From: Lachnospiraceae bacterium | GTDB lineage: Bacteria; Bacillota; Clostridia; Lachnospirales; Lachnospiraceae | NCBI GenBank assembly: GCA_031272185.1 | Contig: JAISUG010000058.1 | Location: forward strand, 8,203-72,202 | Direction of reading: 5' to 3' | DNA: 64,000 nucleotides | In this document: positions 10,861 through 19,876 of the stretch, piece after piece | Numbering within the stretch: position 1 is the first letter of the stretch | How the letters are laid out: the number at the start of each line of letters is the position of its first letter | Notes under the pieces: model-generated | What the model was told of the DNA's origin: nothing | Database searches by the model: none | What the model saw: the letters and a program-made list of their open reading frames with translations, nothing else | Made by a program: the position numbers and the translations under genes

Positions 10861-11311
10861 TCCTGGCGTGGCGGCCGCCCTCGAATGTGGCGCCCAGCCA
10901 CTCATCCACGATCATCTTCGCCAATTCGTCGCCCACCACCCGGGCGCCGAGGCAAAGCACGTTTGAATTGTTGTGCATGCGGGAGAGCTTGGCGGTGTAT
11001 GGCTCGGAGCAGACGCAGGCGCGGATGCCCCGGACCTTGTTTGCCGCCAGGGAGATCCCGACCCCGGTGCCGCAGATGGCTATGCCGAGGTTTGCCCGCT
11101 CACCGGAGGCGCCATCTGTGTTCGCGCCACCCAGGGCGGCGCTTCCCCCCGCCACGGCGCGGGCTACCTTTTCCCCGTATATGGGGTAGTCGCAGCTGGC
11201 GGTGTCATTGGTCCCCAGGTCTATCACTTCGTGACCTTGTGTCGCCAGGTGATCCTTGATGGTGTTTTTCAGGGCGATGGCAGTGTGGTCGTTGCCTATG
11301 GCGATTTTCAT
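10820..11311 (-). CDS. rpiB: ribose-5-phosphate isomerase B
   Basis: MKIAIGNDH...CGTGVGISLAANK...RHARRV, typical RpiB/LacAB. Carries an extra Gly/Ala-rich segment of about 20 aa (about 11095-11160). Confidence 0.9.
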   Translation of the reverse strand: MKIAIGNDHTAIALKNTIKDHLATQGHEVIDLGTNDTASCDYPIYGEKVARAVAGGSAALGGANTDGASGERANLGIAICGTGVGISLAANKVRGIRACVCSEPYTAKLSRMHNNSNVLCLGARVVGDELAKMIVDEWLGATFEGGRHARRVDMIMEIERRES

Positions 11312-11467
11312 GGTCGCTCCTGTTCTATTCTGGTTTTATGTTTTCTCACTCGCTTTGTTCCGACTGTGGGATGCTTCGCCGTGCGTTCGTCGTGAATGCG
11401 GATGATAATCCCATAGAGTCTTGATATTTCGGGCATAGTCAGAAAACCCCTTTCAATACTGTCCGTA

Positions 11468-12724
11468 TCATACCCCCATGCTCTGACAGTAGCATCTTTC
11501 CAGGTTCTCCATGCGGGAGGTCATGTTCACCAGCAGCAGGTCGGCGACGGTGAATGCGGCCATGGATTCCACCACCACCACCGCCCTGGGCACGATGATG
11601 GGGTCGTGGCGGCCCTTGATTTCCGTAGTCACTTCCCGGGCATCCCTTGTCACGGTCCGCTGGGGCAATGATATGGATGCGGTGGGCTTGATGGCGGCCC
11701 GCACCGTGATGGGGCTGCCGTCGCTTAAGCCGCCCAGGATACCACCGGCGTGGTTGGTGGTCTTGGTGACGCGCCTGGTCGAATCCAGGGCGAATGCGTC
11801 GTTGTTTGTGGTACCCAGGCTTTCGGCTGCCTGGAAACCGTCGCCGATCTCGAAGCCCTTCACCGCGCCGATGGAGCAGATGGCCTGGGCCAGGCGTGCG
11901 CTTAGTTTGTCAAACACGGGCTCGCCGACGCCCGGGGGCATCCCGGTGATGACGCACTCCACCACGCCGCCTGCGGAGTCACAGTGCGCCATGATGCCTT
12001 CAAGGTAGGACTGTGCCCGCGCCGCCGCCCCTGCATCCGGCATGTACAGGGGGTTTTGGCGGCAGGTGGCGATGGCGGCAGCGAGTCGGTCATCCAGCGG
12101 GCCGGGTGGTCCGTCGGGGGATAGGGGGCTTTGCGTGCGGGCATATCCCGATCCGGCGTTTGCCGGCCGGTCATCGGAGCCGCCGGTATTGCCGGTGGTC
12201 ATGTGAGGCTGCCTATGGTGCAGGGGGCTTGGCGCATGTACGGGTCCCACGGACAGGGTGTAGGCATGTACTTCGATCCCCAGCCGTTCCAATAGTTTCT
12301 TGGCTATGGCTCCCGCCGCCACCCGCGCGGTGGTTTCCCGGCCGGAGGAGCGGCCGCCGCCCCGGTAATCCCTAAAGCCGTACTTCGCATCGAAACCGAA
12401 ATCAGCATGTCCCGGGCGGTAGATGTCCTTGATCTCGCTATAGTCCCTGCTGCGCTGGTCTGTGTTTCGTACCAGCAGCGAGATGGGCGTGCCGGTGGTC
12501 AGGCCCTCGAAAACGCCGGACAGGATCTCCACCAGGTCGGCTTCCTGCCTGGCTGTGGCATAGGGGCTTTGGCCGGGCCGGCGCCTGTCCAGCATCCCCT
12601 GTATGTCCGCCTCGCACAGCTCCAGCCCTGCGGGCACGCCGTCCACCACGGCGCCGATCCCTTTGCCGTGTGATTCGCCCCAGGTGGTCATGCGGAGGAT
12701 GGTGCCTATCGAAGAACCTGCCAT
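11468..12724 (-). CDS. aroC: chorismate synthase
   Basis: TTWGESHGKG N-terminal signature and conserved C-terminal RHDPIIVPRAV. RBS AAGGAAAGG. Insertion of about 50 aa at about 12090-12235. Confidence 0.92.
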   Translation of the reverse strand: MAGSSIGTILRMTTWGESHGKGIGAVVDGVPAGLELCEADIQGMLDRRRPGQSPYATARQEADLVEILSGVFEGLTTGTPISLLVRNTDQRSRDYSEIKDIYRPGHADFGFDAKYGFRDYRGGGRSSGRETTARVAAGAIAKKLLERLGIEVHAYTLSVGPVHAPSPLHHRQPHMTTGNTGGSDDRPANAGSGYARTQSPLSPDGPPGPLDDRLAAAIATCRQNPLYMPDAGAAARAQSYLEGIMAHCDSAGGVVECVITGMPPGVGEPVFDKLSARLAQAICSIGAVKGFEIGDGFQAAESLGTTNNDAFALDSTRRVTKTTNHAGGILGGLSDGSPITVRAAIKPTASISLPQRTVTRDAREVTTEIKGRHDPIIVPRAVVVVESMAAFTVADLLLVNMTSRMENLERCYCQSMGV

Positions 12725-12743
12725 GTACGTACCTTTCCTTAAA

Positions 12744-13799
12744 TTACCCCAGTTTCACCAGCGCGCAGCAGTTGGGTTCGTTGACCGGTTCGGGGTTGCC
12801 GTTCATGATGAGCAGCCCACGTTCGTAGTCCACCGCAAAGAACGTGATGGTGTTGCTCTCGTGGTTGATGCTGGCGATGTGCTGGGCATCGGGGAACACG
12901 CACAGATCCTTGGGGTATTCGCCGCTGATGGGCAGGCAAATGAGCAGCTCAAGCATCCCGGTCTTTTTATCCCTGGAAAACACGCTGACGGTGTCTTCGC
13001 CTGCGCTGGAGCAGTAAAGGTAATGCTGGTCGGCGGAAAAGCGGAACGTGCACGCCGCCCGCAGGGAGTTGGGTACATCGAAATCCGTGGTGGGGATGGT
13101 CTGGATCTTTTCCAGCTTCGGCACCCGGTCGCCGCTCTCGTATGTATACACTTCGATGATATTTTTCAGCTGGTACATCAGGTACATGTATCTGCCGTCG
13201 TCGCTGAAGCGGAACATCCGGGGCGCGGATTCCAGCTCGAAATGGATGGAGTCCGCCAGCATCATCCCATCGGTGTCTTTGGGGTGGCGGTAGACCTTGA
13301 TCTGGTCGATGCCCTCGTCGGCGGCCATGATGAATTTGCCGTCAGGGGAGAGGCGGATGCAGGTGACGTGTGGGCTGAAGTTGCGCTCCGCCACGCTGCC
13401 CAGGCCTTTGTGGAAGACGCCGGCGAGGATGGGCCCCACGGAACCGTCCGCCTGGAGCTTCAGGATCGTGGCTTTCCCGTCATGGTAGCCGGACACGAAG
13501 AGGTACTTTTCGTCCGGGTCGGTGGCCAGGTGGCAGCCACGCATGCCCTTGATGTTGCGGGTGTTCAGCAGGGAGAGGTTCCCGTCTTCCAGTATGCGAA
13601 AAGCAACGACCCCTTCGTCGGCGATGGAGTAGAGGGTTTTCTTGGTCCGGGAGGCAAGCAGGTAGGCGGAGTTGTTCACGTCCACTTCGCAGCGTTTTTG
13701 GAACCGGCCCCTTTTGGCGTCCGCATCATATACCGTGATGCCCCGGGCGGTGCCATTGTAAGAATATGAGCCGACATAAGCCATGTACGATGAATCCAT
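12744..13799 (-). CDS. lactonase, 7-bladed beta-propeller family (6-phosphogluconolactonase-like)
   Basis: Sequence pattern YVGSYS...GITVY...HLATDPDEKYLFVSGYHDG...PRMFRFSDDGRYMYL is typical of the YbhE/Pgl-type family. ATG at 13799 follows AAAGGGA. Confidence 0.7.
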   Translation of the reverse strand: MDSSYMAYVGSYSYNGTARGITVYDADAKRGRFQKRCEVDVNNSAYLLASRTKKTLYSIADEGVVAFRILEDGNLSLLNTRNIKGMRGCHLATDPDEKYLFVSGYHDGKATILKLQADGSVGPILAGVFHKGLGSVAERNFSPHVTCIRLSPDGKFIMAADEGIDQIKVYRHPKDTDGMMLADSIHFELESAPRMFRFSDDGRYMYLMYQLKNIIEVYTYESGDRVPKLEKIQTIPTTDFDVPNSLRAACTFRFSADQHYLYCSSAGEDTVSVFSRDKKTGMLELLICLPISGEYPKDLCVFPDAQHIASINHESNTITFFAVDYERGLLIMNGNPEPVNEPNCCALVKLG

Positions 13800-13900
13800 A
13801 CGGTGTCCCTTTCTGGGCTTTCCCCGGTGGGTGCCGGGCGTTGGTATTTTCATAGAGATGATAGCACAGAATTCCCAAAAAATCTAGCCATAAAAAACTA

Positions 13901-13928
13901 TTGACAGCAAGGGGATTTCGTATATAAT
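13901..13928 (+). promoter_or_regulatory. candidate sigma-A promoter upstream of the XRE/cupin regulator
   Basis: TTGACA (13901-13906), 16 nt spacer, TATAAT (13923-13928), in an AT-rich spacer. Confidence 0.55.
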
Positions 13929-13954
13929 GGATTCTGTTGCCTGTTTACTTTTAC

Positions 13955-13974
13955 TAAACTTTTTGTAAAGTTTA
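13955..13974. promoter_or_regulatory. perfect 8+8 palindrome TAAACTTT-TTGT-AAAGTTTA (candidate operator)
   Basis: Read directly. Lies about 30 nt downstream of the -10 and upstream of the HTH regulator gene. Confidence 0.4.
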
Positions 13975-14125
13975 TTCTTACCCGATTTTGGGAAATTATG
14001 GAGAGTTTGGCAACGGAACCACTGCTGCCTGGAAATTATTCGCCTATGGTGCGGGACCTGCCTGGCGGCTGCGATATGCAGCGGTGCCGGGTGGCGTTCG
14101 CTGTGGGCGGTAGTGCGGGGGGGAT

Positions 14126-14659
14126 ATGGACATTGGCGCAAAGATAAAGGAGCTGCGGGTCCTGAAAGGCCTGACACAGGAAGAGCTGGCGGACAGGGCG
14201 GAGCTTTCAAAGGGGTTCATCTCCCAGGTGGAGCGCGACCTGACCAGCCCGTCCATCGCCACGCTCACGGACATCCTCCAGTGCCTGGGGACCACATTGG
14301 GCGCCTTTTTCAATGATGCCCCGGAAGAGCAGATAGTGTTCACCAAAGCGGACTATTTCGAAAAGCACGATGGGGAACTGAAAAACGACATCCGCTGGAT
14401 CATCCCCAATGCCCAGAAAAACGGGATGGAGCCCATCATCCTGACGCTGGAAGCTGGGGGGTCCACGTACCCGGACACGCCCCACGAGGGGGAGGAGTTC
14501 GGATATGTGCTCTCAGGCGCGGTGCAGGTACATATCGGGGGCAATGCGCACAGGGCGAAAAAAGGGGAGTCCTTTTACTTCGTTTCGGACAAACAGCACT
14601 ATATCACCAGCGCCAGGGGCGCCACGCTTTTGTGGGTCAGCTCGCCGCCGAGTTTTTAG
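14126..14659 (+). CDS. XRE-family HTH transcriptional regulator with C-terminal cupin domain
   Basis: N-terminal LTQEELADRAELSKGFISQVERD helix-turn-helix and a C-terminal cupin-like GEEFGYVLSGAV...GESFYF. Sits upstream of potABCD. Confidence 0.85.
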   Translation: MDIGAKIKELRVLKGLTQEELADRAELSKGFISQVERDLTSPSIATLTDILQCLGTTLGAFFNDAPEEQIVFTKADYFEKHDGELKNDIRWIIPNAQKNGMEPIILTLEAGGSTYPDTPHEGEEFGYVLSGAVQVHIGGNAHRAKKGESFYFVSDKQHYITSARGATLLWVSSPPSF

Positions 14660-14832
14660 GCGGGGCACGAGGGTTGGCGGGCACGGGTAGCGCGCCGGCG
14701 GCCTTGTCGTCCTTGGGGTGCCATGTGCGGCCAGCACTGGGGTTGGCGGGGCATGGGTACCGTGCCGGCGGCCTTGGTTATGAGGTTGTATGATTGCTTA
14801 GATGGCGTGTGTGGGAAAGGGGAAGGGGAACC

Positions 14833-15909
14833 ATGGAACGATCATTGATCGAGCTATCGCATATCAGCAAATCCTTTGACGGCACCATGGTCTTGGACGA
14901 CCTGGAGCTGTCGGTGCGGGAGAATTCTTTCGTGACCCTCCTGGGGCCATCGGGCTGCGGCAAGACCACCACCTTGCGCATCATCGGCGGGTTCGAGAAA
15001 CCGGATGCCGGGCGGGTGGTATTTGACGGCATGGACATCACCGGTCTGCCGCCCAACAAGCGCCAGGTGAATACCGTGTTCCAGAAATACGCCCTGTTCT
15101 CCCATATGAACGTGGAGGAGAACATCGCTTTCGGCCTGAAGATCAAAAACAAGCCCAAGGCATATATCGCCGACAAGATCAAGTATTCCCTGAAGCTGGT
15201 GAACCTGGACGGGTTCGAAAAGCGCGGGGTGGCGTCCCTGTCGGGGGGGCAGCAGCAGCGGGTGGCCATCGCCCGGGCCATCGTGAACGAACCCAGGGTG
15301 CTGCTCCTGGACGAGCCGCTGGGGGCGCTGGACTTAAAGCTGCGCCAGGACATGCAGTACGAGCTCATCCGCCTGAAAAACGAGCTGGGCATCACTTTCA
15401 TCTATGTGACCCACGACCAGGAGGAGGCCCTCACCATGTCGGACACCATCGTGGTGATGAACCAGGGGTACATACAGCAGATGGGTTCGCCGGAGCAGAT
15501 CTACAATGAGCCGGAAAACGCCTTCGTGGCGGATTTCATCGGGGAGAGCAACATATTGGACGCATGTATGGTCCGGGACGAGCTGGTGAAGATATTCGGG
15601 GTGAACTTCCCCTGCGTGGATGTGGGGTTCGCGCCCAACTGCCCGGTGGATGCGGTCATCCGCCCGGAGGACATCGTGCTGGTGGAACCGGAAAACGGGC
15701 AGATCACCGGCACCTGCACGCATCTGATATTCAAGGGCGTGCACTACGAGATGGAAGTCACGGGGGAAAACGGTTTCGAGTGGCTGGTACATTCCACCAC
15801 TTTCTGCCCGGTGGGGGAGAAAGTGGGCATCCGGGTGGACCCCTTCAACATCCAGATCATGAACAAGCCCGCGTCGGTAGACGAGGAGGCCGTAGGGGTC
15901 GAGGAGTAA
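14833..15909 (+). CDS. potA: spermidine/putrescine ABC transporter ATP-binding protein
   Basis: Walker [10 protein letters not shown], signature LSGGQQQR, Walker B LLLDEP and a TOBE-like C-terminus. RBS GGAAAGGGGAAGGGGA. Confidence 0.9.
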   Translation: MERSLIELSHISKSFDGTMVLDDLELSVRENSFVTLLGPSGCGKTTTLRIIGGFEKPDAGRVVFDGMDITGLPPNKRQVNTVFQKYALFSHMNVEENIAFGLKIKNKPKAYIADKIKYSLKLVNLDGFEKRGVASLSGGQQQRVAIARAIVNEPRVLLLDEPLGALDLKLRQDMQYELIRLKNELGITFIYVTHDQEEALTMSDTIVVMNQGYIQQMGSPEQIYNEPENAFVADFIGESNILDACMVRDELVKIFGVNFPCVDVGFAPNCPVDAVIRPEDIVLVEPENGQITGTCTHLIFKGVHYEMEVTGENGFEWLVHSTTFCPVGEKVGIRVDPFNIQIMNKPASVDEEAVGVEE

Positions 15910-16073
15910 GCCGTCAGATGGGGTTTGCCGACGGCGAGCAGGGCGGTCCGGCGATGGGCAGCGCCGTCAGGCGGCGGGATCGCCACTGGGCAAGGTATGA
16001 TGATGGGTTCGTCGCGGTTCTAGGCCGGTGGATGCCGTCGGTGGCGCCAAGCGGCCGGTGACTGGGGGATAGG

Positions 16074-16886
16074 ATGGGAAAGAAATTGCTGGCAGGGCCT
16101 TACCTGCTGTGGATGGTGGCATTTACGGTGATACCGCTGGCGCTCATCGTGTACTATGGGTTCACGGGCGTGGGGGGCGGTTTCACGCTGGCGAACGTGG
16201 CGGCCATCGCGCGCCCGGAACACAGCAAGGCGTTGGTCCTGTCCCTGGCGCTGTCCATGGTATCCACCGTCTGCTGCCTGGTGCTGGCATACCCCCTGGC
16301 CATGGTGCTGCGGGGGCGGGGCATCGGCAAAGGCAGCTTCATCGTGTTCATCTTCATCCTGCCCATGTGGATGAATTTCCTGCTGCGCACCATGGCGTGG
16401 CAGACACTATTGGAAAAAAACGGCGTCATCAATGCGTTTTTGGGGTTTTTCGGCCTTCCGAAACTGCAGATCATGAATACGCCCGCCGCCATCGTGCTGG
16501 GCATGGTCTACAACTTCCTGCCATTTATGGTATTGCCCATTTACAATGTATTGGCGAAGATCGACGATGACACCATCAACGCCGCCGCAGACCTGGGTGC
16601 GAACTTTTTCCAGACGCTCCTGCGGGTGTGGTTCCCACTTAGCCTGCCGGGCGTCATCAGCGGCATCACCATGGTGTTCGTGCCGTCGCTCACCACATTC
16701 GTCATCTCCAACCTGCTGGGGGGGAGCAAGATCCTCCTCATCGGAAACGTGATCGAGCAGGAGTTTACCAAGTCGGGTAACTGGCACATGGGCAGCGGCC
16801 TGTCCATGGTGCTGATGGTGTTCATCATGGCGTCCATGTTGCTGCTGGCGAAGTATGACCGAGGTGGCGAGGGGACTACATTCTAA
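16074..16886 (+). CDS. potB: spermidine/putrescine ABC transporter permease
   Basis: Multi-TM protein with an EAA-like loop (INAAADLGANFFQTLLRV). Second gene of the operon. Confidence 0.85.
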   Translation: MGKKLLAGPYLLWMVAFTVIPLALIVYYGFTGVGGGFTLANVAAIARPEHSKALVLSLALSMVSTVCCLVLAYPLAMVLRGRGIGKGSFIVFIFILPMWMNFLLRTMAWQTLLEKNGVINAFLGFFGLPKLQIMNTPAAIVLGMVYNFLPFMVLPIYNVLAKIDDDTINAAADLGANFFQTLLRVWFPLSLPGVISGITMVFVPSLTTFVISNLLGGSKILLIGNVIEQEFTKSGNWHMGSGLSMVLMVFIMASMLLLAKYDRGGEGTTF

Positions 16887-16952
16887 ATAGTGAAAGTGTA
16901 CGCGCCGCCTCGGTGGCGAGGGGACGACGTTCTGATAGAAAGGGGATAGGCG

Positions 16953-17735
16953 ATGGGGCAGAGGATCCTGCGGTGGGTAGAAAATTTCTATCTGTTTTTC
17001 ATCCTTCTATTTTTGTATATCCCCATGGCGACGCTGATGGTGCTGTCTTTCAACACCTCCAAAGCCAGGAACCAGTGGGGCGGGTTCACCCTGGGCTGGT
17101 ACCTGAAGATGTTTGACTCCCGCGCCATCAGCCAGGCGCTGTACAACACACTCATGATCGCTTTCCTGTCCGCGCTCATCGCGACGGTGCTGGGGACGCT
17201 GGCGGCCATCGGCATCGACAAGATGCGCCGCCTGCCAAAAAACGTCTACATGGGTGTGTCGGATATACCCATGCTCAATGCGGAGATCGTAACCGGGATC
17301 TCGCTGATGCTGGTGTTCATCGCTTTCGGCGTGTCCCTGGGGTTCCACACGGTGCTGATTTCCCATATCACGTTCAATGTGCCATATGTGATCCTCTCTG
17401 TGGCGCCGAAACTCAAGCAGACCAGCCAGACCACCTACGAGGCGGCCATGGATCTGGGGGCCCCCCCGATCCGCGCATTTTTCCAAGTGGTGCTGCCGGA
17501 CATCATGCCTGGGGTGCTGTCAGGGTTTTTGCTGGCGTTCACGTTGTCGCTGGATGATTTCATCATCACGCACTTCACCAAGGGTGCGGGGGTCAACACA
17601 TTGAGCACGCTGATCTACAGCGAGGTGCGGCGGGGCATCAGCCCCTCCATGTACGCATTGTCCACGGTGATTTTCGTGGTGGTGTTCGTGCTGCTGCTGG
17701 CGTCGAATTTCTTGCCGAAGAAGAAAGAGGCGTGA
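16953..17735 (+). CDS. potC: spermidine/putrescine ABC transporter permease
   Basis: Multi-TM protein with EAA loop YEAAMDLGAPPIRAFFQVVLP. Confidence 0.85.
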   Translation: MGQRILRWVENFYLFFILLFLYIPMATLMVLSFNTSKARNQWGGFTLGWYLKMFDSRAISQALYNTLMIAFLSALIATVLGTLAAIGIDKMRRLPKNVYMGVSDIPMLNAEIVTGISLMLVFIAFGVSLGFHTVLISHITFNVPYVILSVAPKLKQTSQTTYEAAMDLGAPPIRAFFQVVLPDIMPGVLSGFLLAFTLSLDDFIITHFTKGAGVNTLSTLIYSEVRRGISPSMYALSTVIFVVVFVLLLASNFLPKKKEA

Positions 17736-17835
17736 ACGGATGGCCGCACCGCCTGTGGGCGGCCCGTGATGGCGTGATGTGGGCAGGTGTGACCGGATGG
17801 CCGCGCCGCCTGGGGGCGGCCAGTGATGGCGGGTT
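17732..17835. repeat. 57-nt tandem duplication starting at the potC stop codon
   Basis: GTGAACGGATGGCCGCACCGCCTGTGGGCGGCCCGTGATGGCG and GTGACCGGATGGCCGCGCCGCCTGGGGGCGGCCAGTGATGGCG. Each copy contains a GGCCGC...GCGGCC hairpin. Confidence 0.85.
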
Positions 17836-17984
17836 CCGGAAAGGCATCGTGTGAAAACGTCAGCAAACGTTTTCATCACTATTTGTGCCGCCAGCGTCAG
17901 CGGCGGAATGAAGGTTGATATGAAAGAATTGATAGAACCAGGAAAACGGAAGAATTGAAAGGACCAAGAAAACGGAGGAGCGAG

Positions 17985-19214
17985 ATGAAAAAAAGAGGGA
18001 TGTCGGAGATTGTGGCGGTGGCAGCGGCGGTGGCGCTGGCGGTGTCCGGGTTGGTAGGCTGCGGAGGTTCCGGTGGTGCGGCCACCCAGGCGGCAGGCAC
18101 GTCAGGGGCCGGCGCCGGGGCGGATGCGAGCGCGGCGGGGCAAGGCAGCGCTTCCGGCGAGGGGACCGCTGCGGCAGGTGCGGGTACCGCGGCCGGGGAG
18201 TCTGCCAAACCACAGCCGGGCGGCGAGCTGTACGTGTACAACTGGGGCGAGTACATCGACGAGGACGTCATTGACATGTTCGAGGACGAAACCGGCATAC
18301 AGGTCATTTACGATGTGTTCGAGACCAACGAGGAGATGTACCCTGTCATCGAAGCGGGGGGCGTGTCCTATGACGTGGTGTGCCCGTCGGACTACATGAT
18401 CCAGAAGATGATCGAGAACAACCTGCTGGCGAAGCTGGATTTTTCCAACATCCCCAGTTTTGATCAGATAGATCCCAGGTTCGTGGAGGATTCCAAGAGC
18501 TTCGACCCGGACAACGCATATTCGGTCCCCTATACATGGGGCACGGTGGGGATCCTGTACAATACTTCCCTGGTGCCGGAGGACAAAGCCCCCACCAAGT
18601 GGGCGGACCTGTGGGACGAGTCATTCAAAGGCGAGATCCTCATGCAGGACAGCGTGCGGGATGCGTTCATGGTGGCCTTGAAAATGCTGGGGTATTCCCT
18701 GAACTCCACCGACGAAAAGGAGCTGGAAGAGGCCAAGGACCTGCTCATCGCCCAGAAGCCCCTGGTGCAGGCATATGTCATCGACCAGGTGCGGGACAAG
18801 ATGATCGGCGGCGAGGCGGCCATCGGCGTGATCTACTCCGGGGAGATGCTATACATCCAGGAGGAAGTGGAGTCGCTGGGCCTTGACTACGAACTGGAAT
18901 ACGTGCTGCCGGAGGAGGGGAGCAACGTCTGGATCGACGCCTGGGTCGTCCCCGCCAATGCCAAAAACAAATACAATGCGGAGCTGTGGATAGACTTCAT
19001 GTGCCGGCCTGAGATTGCGCTGAAGAACTTCGAGTATATCACCTACTCCACCCCCAACAAGGGCGCATTTGACATGCTGGACGAGGATCTGCAGACCAAC
19101 AAGGCCCTCTTCCCCGACGCAGAGGCCCTGAAAAACTGCGAGGTCTTCCGCTACATGGGCCCCGAGGCAGACGAACTGTACAACAACCTCTGGAAAGAGG
19201 TGAAGAGCAACTGA
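17985..19214 (+). CDS. potD: spermidine/putrescine ABC transporter substrate-binding lipoprotein
   Basis: Lipobox LVGC after a signal peptide and a PotD-like body (YVYNWGEYI...PYTWGTVGILYN). ATG at 17985 follows GGAGGAG. Gly/Ala/Ser linker of about 55 aa after the lipobox. Confidence 0.9.
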   Translation: MKKRGMSEIVAVAAAVALAVSGLVGCGGSGGAATQAAGTSGAGAGADASAAGQGSASGEGTAAAGAGTAAGESAKPQPGGELYVYNWGEYIDEDVIDMFEDETGIQVIYDVFETNEEMYPVIEAGGVSYDVVCPSDYMIQKMIENNLLAKLDFSNIPSFDQIDPRFVEDSKSFDPDNAYSVPYTWGTVGILYNTSLVPEDKAPTKWADLWDESFKGEILMQDSVRDAFMVALKMLGYSLNSTDEKELEEAKDLLIAQKPLVQAYVIDQVRDKMIGGEAAIGVIYSGEMLYIQEEVESLGLDYELEYVLPEEGSNVWIDAWVVPANAKNKYNAELWIDFMCRPEIALKNFEYITYSTPNKGAFDMLDEDLQTNKALFPDAEALKNCEVFRYMGPEADELYNNLWKEVKSN

Positions 19215-19229
19215 CTTGTATCCGTTATT

Positions 19230-19279
19230 TGGCCAACGACATATTAAACCGTGCTATGGCGACGATATGTCGTTGGCCA
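19230..19279. other. 15-bp perfect inverted repeat with a 20-nt loop
   Basis: TGGCCAACGACATAT ... ATATGTCGTTGGCCA, directly after potD at the edge of a lower-GC islet. No T-run follows. Confidence 0.6.
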
Positions 19280-19308
19280 TAGTACCGAAATGAAAGGACG
19301 CGCGAACA

Positions 19309-19587
19309 ATGATGTATCCATTCATGACATTAGACGACGGTACTGTGGTTGTGCACTCCGAAGCCATCCTCCATGGTGACAAAGAAAGTGTAAAGGTGTA
19401 TTTTGAAAAACCAGTGGTTGGGGGGTTTAACAGTGCTGTGTGCTGGCTGCCGGCATATCGGTGGGAGGATATAGTCGGCTTCTCACAAAGCGATATTGAC
19501 AAGTATCAGAGTTTTCTGGAAACGGTGGCACATGTCGTGGTCCAATTGTCGCGGGAAGGCGGGTTTGACAATGCCGCAAATTTTTAA
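19309..19587 (+). CDS. hypothetical small protein (92 aa)
   Basis: ORF with RBS-like GAAAGGA upstream, lying in a lower-GC segment. Overlaps the next gene by 17 nt. No family recognised. Confidence 0.5.
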   Translation: MMYPFMTLDDGTVVVHSEAILHGDKESVKVYFEKPVVGGFNSAVCWLPAYRWEDIVGFSQSDIDKYQSFLETVAHVVVQLSREGGFDNAANF

Positions 19588-19849
19588 GGTTGGTTCCTAC
19601 GTGATCTTTTTCTGGGCGAACGAAAACCTACCATTGGAACCAGTTCATGTGCATATATCGTACCGTATACCGTCCGAGGTCTCGAGCAAGGTTTGGATTA
19701 CGAAATCGAGGAAAGGGTTGCTATGCCACAACGATGCGCACATACCAAGACGGTTACTGACGATCATACTTGAGATTATATCGTCACGGAGTTCGGAAAT
19801 CATCGAAAAGTGGCTGGGGTTCTTTGGGCAAATCGATTATTATTGCTAA
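19571..19849 (+). CDS. DUF4160-family small protein
   Basis: MPQIFKVGSYVIFFWANENLPLEPVHVHI matches the characteristic DUF4160 N-terminus (MPxI...GxxxxFFxxNExxEPxHxH). Confidence 0.65.
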   Translation: MPQIFKVGSYVIFFWANENLPLEPVHVHISYRIPSEVSSKVWITKSRKGLLCHNDAHIPRRLLTIILEIISSRSSEIIEKWLGFFGQIDYYC

Positions 19850-19876
19850 AGTGCAAGGGGCTAAGATGAGGGGGGC

